In this document: in pieces, positions 19,116 to 28,697 of the stretch | How the letters are laid out: the number at the start of each line of letters is the position of its first letter | Numbering within the stretch: the first letter of the stretch is position 1 | NCBI GenBank assembly: GCA_963745665.1 | Contig: CAVUYE010000003.1 | Location: 466,492 to 530,491, forward strand | Reading direction: 5' to 3' | Source: an uncultured Acidimicrobiaceae bacterium | GTDB lineage: Bacteria > Actinomycetota > Acidimicrobiia > Acidimicrobiales > RAAP-2 | DNA length: 64,000 nucleotides | The notes under the pieces: generated by a model | Told to the model about the DNA's origin: nothing | What the model saw: the letters and a program-made list of their open reading frames with translations, nothing else | Databases searched by the model: none | Made by a program: the position numbers and the translations under genes

Positions 19116-20246
19116 CCACTGAAGAGATCCGTTCCGACACCCTGCCGGAGGTCCCCGGCAGTCCTGACGAGTGCCGACGTGCTGGCCACCGGCCACGCCA
19201 TCGCGGCGGTGCAGCGCCACGACGGGCAGATCCCGTGGTTCGAGGGCGGCCACTGCGACCCGTGGAACCACGTCGAGGCGGCCATGGCATTGACCGTGTG
19301 CGGCCTGGTGGACGAGGCGGTCGACGCGTACCGCTGGCTGGCCCGCCGTCAGCTGCCCGACGGGAGCTGGTTCAACTACTACCAGGGCGACACGGTCAAG
19401 GATCTCCGGCTGGACACGAACGTGTGCGGCTACCTGGCGGCCGGCGCCTGGCACCATCATCTGATCACCGGCGACGTCGAGTTCCTCGGGGAGCTCTGGC
19501 CGACGATTGAGAAGGGGATCGACTTCATCCTGCGCTCACAGCAGCCCGACGGCTCTGTGCTGTGGTCCCTCGACTCGACCGGCCGGCCGGAGCGCTACGC
19601 GTTGCTCACCGGGCTCGTCTTCGATCTACCACTCCATGCGGTGCGCCGTCGCCGTCGCGGAGTGTCTGGCCAAGGACCGCCCGGACTGGGAGTTGGCGGC
19701 CGGACGACTCGGCCACGCGGTGGCCCATCACCCGGGTGCCTTCGCCCCCAAGGTCGAGTTCGCCATGGACTGGTACTACCCCATGCTGTCCGGCGCACTC
19801 GAGGGCGAGGCCGGGGCGGCGCCGCATTGCCGACGGGTGGTCGACCTTCGTCATGGAGGGTCTGGGCGTGCGCTGTGTCTCGACGGGCGACTGGGTCACG
19901 GCGGCCGAGACGGCGGAATGCGTGCTGACGCTCGACGCACTCGGCATGGACGGTCCGGCCCTGGAGCTGTTCACGGCCGGGCAGAACCTGCGGCTGCCGG
20001 ACGGGTCCTACTGGACCGGCATGGTGTTCCCCGAGCGGGAGACGTTCCCCAAGGACGAGCGGACGACGTACACGTTCGGGGCCATGGTGCTGGCGGCCGA
20101 CGCGCTCTCGAACACGCAGTCCGGCCGCCGGCTTGTTCCGGGGCGAGGGTCTGCCGGCCGCGCTCGATCTGGCCGAGCCGCACTGCGGCGACGCCATTGA
20201 GGGGTGCACCGTCGCCGATCCACCACATCGGTTCTCGCGCGGCTGA
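19112..20246 (+). pseudogene. prenyltransferase / squalene-cyclase-repeat ((alpha/alpha)6 toroid) family protein, at least three frameshifts as given
   Basis: Segments in three frames read as one protein: ...HDGQIPWFEGGHCDPWNHVEAAMAL...RRQLPDGSWFNYY...RSQQPDGSVLWSL...ERYALLTG | SSSIYHSMRCAVAVAECLAKD...DWYYPMLSGALEGEAGAA | RIADGWSTFVMEGLGVRCV...NLRLPDGSYWTGMVF.... The junctions lie near 19615, 19818 and probably 19170 and 20122. The 3' end is uncertain. Confidence 0.6.
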
Positions 20247-20306
20247 GCGCTTCACTCGGGCCGACGGCGCCCGGGCGCTGGCCGGCTCACGCCGCCCGGT
20301 GCGCTG

Positions 20307-21001
20307 TCAGCCCGGGAGCGAGATGCGGCGCAACACGCGCAGGCTGCCGCAAGCGCCGTCGTCGGTGAACTCGCCCGACTCGAGCGCGGCACGATAGAGC
20401 TCGTAGGGCGGGCGCCCCCCGTCAGCGGGGTCGGGGAAGACGTCGTGGATGGCCAGCCAGCCCCCGAGCGGCGACGTGCGGAGGACCAGCCGCGGAAGTC
20501 GGCCCACGCCGGATCCTCACCGTGCCCACCGTCGATGAAGCAGAAGGCGAGCGGGCGGTCCCACCGCGCCGCCAGCGTCGGGGAGTCACCGACGATGCCC
20601 ATGACGGACGACTCGAGACCGGCTCCGGTGATGGTCCGGCGCCAGTGCGGCAGCGTGTCGAGGCGACCGACCTCGGGATCGACCAGGTCGGCCTCGTGAT
20701 ATTCCCATCCGGGCTGGTTCTCCTCCGAGCCGCGGTGATGGTCGATGGAGAGCAGGGCAGCGCCTGTGGCCTCCGCGGCGGCCCCCAGGTAGACCGTCGA
20801 CTTCCCACACCAGGCACCGATCTCGACGAAGGTCGTGGGGGCTTGCGCCGCCATGTCAGCCCAGCCGGCCCGCAGGGCGGCGGCGAACAGCGCCTCGCCT
20901 TCGTCGTCGGGCATGAAGCCCCGCGTGTGGCGCGCCGTCTCGAAGAGGGACTGCACGCGTGCCGACCCGAGGATCTCGTTCCCGGGCACGGACCCCGCCA
21001 T
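20307..21001 (-). pseudogene. class I SAM-dependent methyltransferase (O-methyltransferase-like), one frameshift as given
   Basis: Starts at the ATG at 21001 (MAGSVPGNEIL...). Motif I is FVEIGAWCGKSTVYLG, followed by FCFIDGGH. It joins ORF 20307..20507 near 20475 (...DPAWADFRGW | ...LGGWLAIHDVFPDP...). Confidence 0.65.
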
Positions 21002-23612
21002 CAAGCGACGGATACGCCGGCGGCGCGCAGCGACTGCGGCCAGCCCGGCTCGCTCGCGGGAGCCGTACGCCACGTTCACCCCGAGGCGCTCTATCGACTG
21101 GGCCACCCGGCGGGGTCCCGACGCGATCGGATGGTCGTCGAGGAAGGCGATGGCGCCCTCGGCGAAACGGGTGTCGCCGCACAGGGCGGGAATGGACTCG
21201 ATGATGCGCGGCGGCGCGTTCTTCGGGAAGCGGTCGAGCACGCTGGTCCACTGCTCGGTCACTCGTGTCCACACCGCCTGGTTGCCGACGGGGTTGGCCA
21301 ACAGTGCGCCGATGACCGCGAACCCGTTCTGGGTGCGCACCTCCGTCATGGCCAGGTCGAACGTGCGCAGGCACAGGTCGACGTCCGGGAACCCGGCCAG
21401 GGCACCGAGTGAACGTATCTCCTCTTGCGGTGTCGACGCCGATCGGTAGCGCTCCAACGAGCGCGTCGTAGTCCCCGGTCCGCAGGAGCTGCGACACCAC
21501 CGCCAGCGTGGCCGACTCGATGTCCGGTGGGATCGGGTCGCCGGAGCCACCGCCGATCGGCGAGGCGTCGAAGCGCCGGGCCGCCTCTGCCCGCACCGCG
21601 GGGTCGGCGCCCACGGTTCCCATGAGGGTGATGGCCAGCGCCCGCAACGTCGGCGTGCGGTCGCCTTCCCCTGGGGTGGCGTCGAACCCCAGCCGGCGAT
21701 GGGTCGCCCCGAACAGCGCCGTCACGGCCCGGTGCAGTGCCTCTTGGTCCCCGTCGGGCGCGATGCGATTGGTCAGCATCAAGGCGGACGCGACGGGGGC
21801 CCACGCAGCGGGGTCGGGCTCCTCGTCCAGCCGCGCCGCGAGCTCCAGGAACTCGTGCAGCGTAGTGAGGCCGGCGAGGGTGGTCGCCCAACTGTCGGCC
21901 AACAGGTTGGCCCGCTCCAGTGGGGTGAGCTCAGAGAGGTGCTCGGCCAACGCTGTCCGGTGCGCCGCCTCGTAGCCGACCCGGAACATGCCCCAGCCGC
22001 CGGCGTTCACGACGGCGAGCCCCTGCTCGGCCTCGGCGATCGGCTCCGGCTCGGCATCGAGGACCAGATGGCGCACCGGCGCGCCGGGCGCGCCACCGGC
22101 AGGGAGCGCCCGCACCGCGAGCGGGACACGCCACTCCTTCCCGATGGACGATGTCGCGCCGGCCGGCACGGGCCCGAGCGCGAAAGGCTGTTGGCTCAGT
22201 ACGAACCCGTGCAACGAGACGAGCGGATGCCCACCCTGCAGGATGAACGTATCCATCACGTCGCGCACCGGAGCGCCGCTGGCGTCCTCGAGCGCATCCC
22301 AGAGATCGCTGGTCACCGTGTTGGCGTAGGCGTGGGCCTTGAGATAGGTCCGGACGCCGTCACGGAACACATCGGGACCGATGTGCTGCTCGAGCATGCG
22401 CAGGACCCCGCAGCCCTTTTCGTAGGTCAAGACGTCGAACATGCCCTCGGCCTCTTTGGGCGGTCCCACCGGATACTCGATTGGACGGGTGAGGTGCAGG
22501 GCGTCCACGGCCAAGGCCGCCTCGCGGGATGGCGCATAGCCGATCCAGCGGTCCCACGAAGGCCGGAAGGCGTCGACGCACAGCGTCTCCATGAAGGTGG
22601 CGAAGGCCTCGTTCAGCCAGATGCCCTCCCACCAGCCCATGGTCACGAGGTCGCCGAACCACATGTGGGCGAGCTCGTGGGCGATGACGTCGGCGACACG
22701 CTCCAGCTCGGCGCGGGCCGCCTCGTTCTTGTTCACCAGGAGTGCCGTGTCGCGGAAGGTGATGCACCCCAGGTTCTCCATCGCGCCGGCGGCGAAGTCC
22801 GGTATGGCGACGAGGTCGACCTTGTCGCCCGGATACGGGATGTTGAAGTACTCCGTGAAGAAGCGCAGGGCGAACGCGCCCACTTCCAGGGCGAATTCGG
22901 CGAGGGGGAGCTTCCCCGGGGTGCAGACCACCCGCAGTGGCACGCCGTCAACGTCGACCGCCTCGGTCATCTCGAGCTTGCCGATAACGAAGGCCACCAG
23001 GTAGGTCGACATCTTCATGGTGGGGGCGAAATGGATGCGCTGCTTGTGACCGACCTGGTCGATCGCGACAACGGGCGAGTTCGAGATGGCGTCGACGTCG
23101 GGTTCCACGATGAGGGTGATCTCGAAGACCGCCTTGCGGTCGGGCTCGTCGAAGCAGGGGAAGGATCGCCGGGCGTCGACGGATTCGAACTGGGTGGTGG
23201 CCATGGTCTGGGTCTCGCCGTCCGGTCCGGTGTACGTGGACCGGTAGAAGCCGCGCAGCTTGTCGTTGAGGGTGCCGCTGAACCGGCAGCTGATGGTGCT
23301 GGCGCCGGGGGGCAGCAGGTCGGCCGGCTGGAAGGTCACCTGCTCGAGCTCGTCGTCGAAGCTCACGCTGCACATGACGGTGACGCCGTCGGCGGTGAGG
23401 ACCTCGACGTCGCTGATCGCCAGCTCGGCCGCGTTGAGCACGATCTGGCCGACCGTCTCCAGGATGTTGACGTCGATCCGTACGGTGCCCGAGAAGGTGG
23501 CGGACGCCACGTCCGGCTCGATCTCGATGTGGTAGATCTCCGGCTCGATCGTCCGCGGCAAGCGGAAGGACTCGGAGCCGGGCGCGACGGCTGACCTGGG
23601 AGCTGAAGGCAT
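21001..23612 (-). pseudogene. pepN: aminopeptidase N (M1 family), frameshifted as given
   Basis: GAMEN and HELAHMWFGD...WLNEAF zinc motifs are present. The frame changes near 21460 (...LLRTGDYDAL | LERYRSASTPQEEIRSLGAL...). As given, the C-terminal frame runs without a stop into the next gene. A TGATG junction exists in the third frame at 20999-21003. Confidence 0.8.
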
Positions 23613-23630
23613 CCATGCAGGCTACCCGCG

Positions 23631-24701
23631 GTGCCGCGGGTAGGTTCTCGCTCCGTGCCCGATCAGGAAGCCCCGACCGCCGACGAAGCCGACAACCACG
23701 ACCTCGACGTGGTGGCCATCGGCAACCCGCTGCTCGATGTCATTCAGCTGGCCAGCGACGAACAGCTGGCTCAGGTCGGCCTCGAGAAAGGGTCGATGAC
23801 CCTTGTCGACCTCGCCACCGCCCGCGCCGTGCAGGAGACCATGCCCGCCCCCCGTTTCGTCTCGGGCGGGTCGGTGGCCAACACGACCGCAGGGATCGCG
23901 GTGCTCGGTGGTACCGCCGGTTTCGTAGGGGCGGTGGCAGACGACGAGGTGGGCCGGACCTACGCCGAGAACCTCCGGGCGGCCGGCGTCGAGTTCGAGC
24001 CGCATCTGAGCGAGACGGCGGTGGGAGACGGACTGGGCACCGGGCGCTGCATGGTGCTCATCACCGAGGACGCCGAACGCACCATGGGGACCTATCTAGG
24101 GGCCGCCTCGACATTGTCGCCCGCAGGGGTCCCGGAGGGGTTCGTCGCCCGTGCCTCCATCGTGCTGCTCGAGGGCTACCTGTGGGATGTGCCGTCGGCC
24201 AAAGAGGCCATGCGCCACGCGGCGGCCACCGCCCACGCCGGCGAGGGCTCGGTGGCGCTCTCCTTGTCAGACCCGTTCTGCGTGGACCGCCACCAGCGCG
24301 AGTTCCTCGACCTGCTCATCGACGACGTGGACATCCTGCTCGGCAACGAGGAGGAGATCACCATGTTGTTCGGGGTGCACTCGTACACGGACGCGTTGGC
24401 GGCGGCCGAGGAGACGGGCCTCCTGGTCGTCATGACACGTGGCGCGCAAGGCGCCACTGTTCTGACGGCCCGGGGCCCCGAGGATGTCCCGGCGGCCACC
24501 GTCGGGCAGGTGGTCGATACCACGGGCGCCGGGGATCTGTTCGCAGCAGGCCTCCTCTTCGGGCTCACGCACAGCATGGGCCCGGCCGAGAGCACCGGCC
24601 TCGGCGCCCTGTGCGCCGCCGAGGTCATCTCGCACACGGGCGCCCGGCCCGAGGCGGACCTCCGGGCGCTGGCCCTCGCCGCCGGCTTCATCGGGAGCTA
24701 G
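23631..24701 (+). CDS. PfkB-family carbohydrate/adenosine kinase
   Basis: 356-aa ORF with the motifs VVAIGNPLLD, GGSVANT and DTTGAGDLFAAG. The start is uncertain (GTG 23631 or the in-frame GTG at 23655). Confidence 0.8.
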   Translation: MPRVGSRSVPDQEAPTADEADNHDLDVVAIGNPLLDVIQLASDEQLAQVGLEKGSMTLVDLATARAVQETMPAPRFVSGGSVANTTAGIAVLGGTAGFVGAVADDEVGRTYAENLRAAGVEFEPHLSETAVGDGLGTGRCMVLITEDAERTMGTYLGAASTLSPAGVPEGFVARASIVLLEGYLWDVPSAKEAMRHAAATAHAGEGSVALSLSDPFCVDRHQREFLDLLIDDVDILLGNEEEITMLFGVHSYTDALAAAEETGLLVVMTRGAQGATVLTARGPEDVPAATVGQVVDTTGAGDLFAAGLLFGLTHSMGPAESTGLGALCAAEVISHTGARPEADLRALALAAGFIGS

Positions 24702-24713
24702 GCGACCGACAGC

Positions 24714-25799
24714 ATGAGCCTCTCCATCGGCATCGTCGGTCTGCCCAATGTGGGTAAGTCCACATTGTTCAACGCGCTGACCAACAATGAGGTGCTGGCG
24801 GCCAACTACCCATTCGCCACCATTGAGCCCAATGTCGGCGTGGTGGCGGTGCCCGACCCGCGGTTGCAACGACTGGCGGATCTCTACGACGGCGCGCCGG
24901 TAGTCCCGGCGACCGTGACCTTCGTCGACATCGCGGGCCTCGTCCGAGGCGCGTCGCAAGGGGAAGGCCTGGGCAACCAGTTCCTGGCGGCCATCCGCGA
25001 CACGGACGCCATCTGCCAGGTGGTGCGCGCCTTTCACGACGACGACGTCGTGCACGTCGACGCGCGGGTGGATCCGGCGGGAGACATCGAAACGGTCAAC
25101 ACCGAGCTGATCCTGGCGGACCTGCAGACCGTCGAGCAGCGCCTGCCGCGCCTGGCGCGGGAGGCAAAGGGCGACGCGGCATTGCGACCGACCGTCGACG
25201 CCGTGACCGTGGCCGAGGGCGTTCTCGGTGGCGGCCGGACCATCACGGAGGCTGCCGCGAGGGGCGAAGTCGACGCCGCCCTCCTGCGCGATCTGCATCT
25301 GCTGACGGCCAAGCCCTTCATCTACGTGTTTAACGTCGACGACGCCGCCCTGAGCGATGCCGACCTTGTCGCCCGCCTGGCCGAGAGCGTCCGGCCCGCC
25401 CGGGCCATCGTCCTGTGCGCACAGATCGAGGCCGAGGTGGCGGGCCTCGACGCCGCCGATGCGGCCGAGCTGTTACGCAGCTACGGGCAGGAGGAGTCGG
25501 GGCTCGAGCAACTGGTCCACGTGGGATTCGCCACCCTCGGGCTGCAGACGTTCCTGACGGCGGGACCGAAGGAAGCGCGCGCATGGACCATCCACATCGG
25601 CGACACCGCCCCCAAGGCGGCCGGCGTCATCCATACCGACTTCGAGCGTGGCTTCATCAAGGCGGAGGTCATCAGCTTCGACGACCTCATGGAGGCGGGT
25701 TCGGTCGCCGCCGCACGCACTGCCGGACGGGCCCGGATGGAAGGGAAGGACTACGTCATGCGCGACGGCGACGTGGTGGAGTTCCGCTTCAATACCTGA
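24714..25799 (+). CDS. ychF: redox-regulated ATPase YchF
   Basis: 361-aa ORF with [18 protein letters not shown], a TGS-like C-terminus and ...[10 protein letters not shown]. Confidence 0.9.
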   Translation: MSLSIGIVGLPNVGKSTLFNALTNNEVLAANYPFATIEPNVGVVAVPDPRLQRLADLYDGAPVVPATVTFVDIAGLVRGASQGEGLGNQFLAAIRDTDAICQVVRAFHDDDVVHVDARVDPAGDIETVNTELILADLQTVEQRLPRLAREAKGDAALRPTVDAVTVAEGVLGGGRTITEAAARGEVDAALLRDLHLLTAKPFIYVFNVDDAALSDADLVARLAESVRPARAIVLCAQIEAEVAGLDAADAAELLRSYGQEESGLEQLVHVGFATLGLQTFLTAGPKEARAWTIHIGDTAPKAAGVIHTDFERGFIKAEVISFDDLMEAGSVAAARTAGRARMEGKDYVMRDGDVVEFRFNT

Positions 25800-25840
25800 T
25801 GCAGACAAATTCCCGAGCGAATGGGCGATGAGAAGCGGTT

Positions 25841-25966
25841 CTACAGGAGCATCCAGATCGTCCACCCGACCAGAGCCCAGGGCACAATGACAAGAGCGAG
25901 TGCCAGGGCAGCCCAGGCGGCGTAGTTCGTGTCGCCGCCGAGCGCGACAGGACGTACTGTGCTCAC
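25841..25966 (-). CDS. candidate 41-aa hydrophobic small protein
   Basis: Below the ORF-track cutoff. GTG at 25966 is preceded by GGAGG about 9 nt upstream. The translation is VSTVRPVALGGDTNYAAWAALALALVIVPWALVGWTIWMLL, with one predicted TM helix. Confidence 0.25.
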   Translation of the reverse strand: MSTVRPVALGGDTNYAAWAALALALVIVPWALVGWTIWMLL

Positions 25967-26673
25967 AGATTCCTACCTCCCCCACGAGGACCCCGTTGCG
26001 TGCCAAACAGTACCGAATTTCGCGGGGTTGAACAACGGATACACAACAAATCTACTGGAAACCCCTAGTGGCGATCCTCGCGAGCCGCGCAAACCCGCAG
26101 ATCGGCGCGGCGAGACTGGCGAAGTGGAGCAGGATGCCCTCGTGAGATCACCCCACAACCCCAGAGTCATGCAACGCCCCACCGGGCCGTGGATCGTCGA
26201 GTGTCGTGAATGCCTCGACGATGGAGAATCGTCGGTGCCGATCGGTATCGGAATGCCTCTCTCGGACAGGGTGACGGCCCAGCGGCTCGCCGAAAACCAC
26301 GCGGGACCGGGGCTCGGAGTGCGCAAAGCAAGTGAGGCCGCATACGGCTGATGCTCGCTGAGCCACCTCCCTAAAAAGGCGGGGTCACCGTTGGAAGAGA
26401 CCACGGCCCCGGCTCAACCCGACGGGGGGAAGACGGGGAGCGGGGCCGTGGGCTGCGCCCCCCGTCCTACCAGCGTCTTATGACAACTTCGTCGCGACGG
26501 TGCCAGGTTTCGGTGAACGCTCCGGTGTTTTCTCCTCCCGGTCACGGCCGGGCAACCCATTCGTCGCCGAACGCGAAGCGACCCCGAGCGAAGAGCCCAG
26601 GGTCGCAACGCAGGCCGGCCTATCCCCCCGCCGGGCGCAGACTCTAGGCAACGCGGTGGTCGGATTCCGGTCA

Positions 26674-26690
26674 GGCCCTCTCACAGGGCC
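26674..26690 (-). terminator. short GC hairpin 14 nt downstream of lipoprotein gene stop
   Basis: GGCCCT-ctcac-AGGGCC forms a 6-bp stem. There is no U-tract. Confidence 0.2.
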
Positions 26691-26704
26691 GACGCCGCAG
26701 CCGG

Positions 26705-27238
26705 TCACCCGCCGGCGTTCCCATTGACATTCGGCGGCGTGACGCTGAACGAGGTCGTGATCTGCTTCCCCTGCGCGTCGAGCACGTACCACGGGCCGCC
26801 GTCCTGGTCGATTCCCTGCCCCATGATGACGCCGGGCGAAACGTCGCCGTTGTAGAGGTAGAGAGGGTGGCCCCCGTAGGAGAGCTGCGTCGCGCCGTCC
26901 GGCCGCTGCAGCGTGGCGACGAGAGAGGGATCGACACCTTTGCCGACGCGCACGGTGCCGTCCTGAATCAGTGGCGGCCATTGGAAGACGCAGCCGTCGT
27001 TGATGCAGGCGCTGCGGGTCGGCGTGTCGGGGACGAAGTCGTAGAGCGTGTCGCCGCCCCCGGTGGCGAGGATCGGCCCGACGGGGGAGTGCTGCAGCGT
27101 CAAGGTGAGCGAGTTGTCCGTCGTGGGCGGCGACGAGAGCGTTGTCACGCCGGCACCGGCACAGGCGCTGAGCAGCAGCGCGCATCCGGCCAGGGCTGCC
27201 GGAACGACCAGGGCGGGACGGCGCAGCCGGCTTCCCAT
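26705..27238 (-). CDS. secreted-repeat lipoprotein (Lipoprotein_15 / COG4315-type)
   Basis: Lipobox LSAC after a basic/hydrophobic signal. Two repeats are present (DTLYDFVPD...CINDGCVFQWPPL; GHPLYLYNGD). A TGATG overlap links it to the SCO gene. Confidence 0.75.
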   Translation of the reverse strand: MGSRLRRPALVVPAALAGCALLLSACAGAGVTTLSSPPTTDNSLTLTLQHSPVGPILATGGGDTLYDFVPDTPTRSACINDGCVFQWPPLIQDGTVRVGKGVDPSLVATLQRPDGATQLSYGGHPLYLYNGDVSPGVIMGQGIDQDGGPWYVLDAQGKQITTSFSVTPPNVNGNAGG

Positions 27239-27939
27239 CAGGTGCTCGGCGCCGGGACGTTGGTGCCCAGCAGCCAGCTGATGGCGGCCAGGGCGTCGGA
27301 CGTCGTCCAGTCGGGCGCCTGGGGGTGCTGCAGGTCGTGTAGTCCGCCGCCGTCGAGGAGCCCCTGCAGCTTGGGGTTCAAGGCGCCCTTCTGGTTCGGT
27401 GCGGACGCGTCGACGAAGCGCTCGCGTCCGGCGGCGTCGAGAAGGATGTAGCCGTCCGTGTGGTTGACGTCGTAGGTCAACCCCAGTCCGGTGTACCAGT
27501 CCGTCTTCGGGGGCTGTTCCTCGGGCACTATCTGGTACGAGACGCCGAAGGGCTTCCAGAAGGCGGCGATGTTCGCCGGCGTGCCCGTCCAGAGGTCCCA
27601 GTCGGCCCCGAACTCCTCTTGGTAGGCGGTCAGACGGGCCACCGTGTCACGGCCCGGGTCCACGGTGGCCTCGACGAAGACGACGCGGTGCGCCAGCCCG
27701 GCGGCCTGCAGGTCGCGCTGCAAGGAGATGAAGGCACCGGTGACGAGAGGGCACTCGTCCTGGCACAGGGTCAGGAACGGCGCCAGGACGACCACCTTGC
27801 CGCGCAGGCCGGCCAGTGACACGGCCTTGCCGTCTTCGTTGACCAGGGGCACGTCCTGCGGCGTCGGCCGGTCGAGGACCAGGCCCTGGTTCGCCGGCGG
27901 GGCGGCGGGCGCGGAGGAGCCGCAGGCGGCGAGCAGCAC
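27238..27939 (-). CDS. SCO1/SenC family copper chaperone (thioredoxin fold)
   Basis: CxxxC motif TLCQDECP and a conserved His region (VNHTDGYILLD). The only canonical start (GTG 27939) cuts into an evident lipoprotein signal peptide (see finding). Confidence 0.8.
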   Translation of the reverse strand: MLLAACGSSAPAAPPANQGLVLDRPTPQDVPLVNEDGKAVSLAGLRGKVVVLAPFLTLCQDECPLVTGAFISLQRDLQAAGLAHRVVFVEATVDPGRDTVARLTAYQEEFGADWDLWTGTPANIAAFWKPFGVSYQIVPEEQPPKTDWYTGLGLTYDVNHTDGYILLDAAGRERFVDASAPNQKGALNPKLQGLLDGGGLHDLQHPQAPDWTTSDALAAISWLLGTNVPAPST

Positions 27940-27998
27940 GCCGAGGGCGACGGCAAGGGGGACAACTGCGCCGTGGGCTCGGCGGGGTGCAGAGCGGG

Positions 27999-28610
27999 TC
28001 AGGCGTCGTCCTCCCCGGGGGGCAGGAACGTGAAGGGCAGGTCGGCCAGCGCGATCAGCCTCGAGGCGATCCAGCGGGTCAGCTCGTCGAAGACCGGGAC
28101 GAGGGTGGACGGCTCCTCGAGCTGCTGCTCGCTGAAGCGCAACGAGCCCTCGTAGGTCGCCTCGGCGGCCCAGCGCAGGCCGTCTTCCACGTCGTCCGCT
28201 TCGGTGCGCACCTGTTCGATGGTGGTGGCGGTGCGGACCAGGTCCGCGGGTTCGCCCAACGGCCCCGTGGCGGGCAGGGCCGTCATGACCTTCTCCGTGT
28301 CGGGCGCCTCGGCCATGCGCTGCACGCGCAGCGCCACCTCGATCACGACCTCGGGCAGCTCGTCGGGCGGCTCACCGATCGACCAGCTGCGGTAGGAGGT
28401 CTGGCTCCACGTGGGCCAGTCCACGGACACGTCGGCCCGTACCCGGGGCGGTTGCTCCTCTCCGGGCAGGCTGTAGGAGGTCTCCCAGGAGAGGTCACCC
28501 AGGAAGACGTCGACCTGGAAGCGCTCCTCGACCGCCTGGCGCTGCAGGAGCGCCCGGTCGAAGGAGGAACGGATGGTGCCGATGAGGTCGACGAGGAGAT
28601 GGTCGAGCAC
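27999..28610 (-). CDS. hypothetical acidic protein
   Basis: This is the C-terminal 203 codons of ORF 27999..29426, taken from the GTG at 28610. The part upstream is antisense to the GDPD gene. No family was recognised. Confidence 0.4.
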   Translation of the reverse strand: MLDHLLVDLIGTIRSSFDRALLQRQAVEERFQVDVFLGDLSWETSYSLPGEEQPPRVRADVSVDWPTWSQTSYRSWSIGEPPDELPEVVIEVALRVQRMAEAPDTEKVMTALPATGPLGEPADLVRTATTIEQVRTEADDVEDGLRWAAEATYEGSLRFSEQQLEEPSTLVPVFDELTRWIASRLIALADLPFTFLPPGEDDA

Positions 28611-28697
28611 GCCGCACGAGGATAGGCCCGCCACGGCCGCCCCCGGCTTCGCCCACGAAGCCGGATCCCGACCGGCGACGCTGTTACCGTCGAGCGC

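Noticed and set aside
25929-26168. N-terminal 80 codons of the 140-aa ORF 25929..26351.
   Set aside because: The composition is low-GC, the sequence is Pro/Arg/Thr-rich, there is no SD, and it overlaps the better-supported minus-strand small ORF. Only the distal 60 codons are kept, as a weak candidate.
26421-26466. The C-rich minus-strand hairpin was considered as actinobacterial 6C RNA.
   Set aside because: There is only one stem. The C-runs are in the stem rather than in two loop motifs, so it does not fit the two-hairpin C-rich-loop architecture as I recall it.
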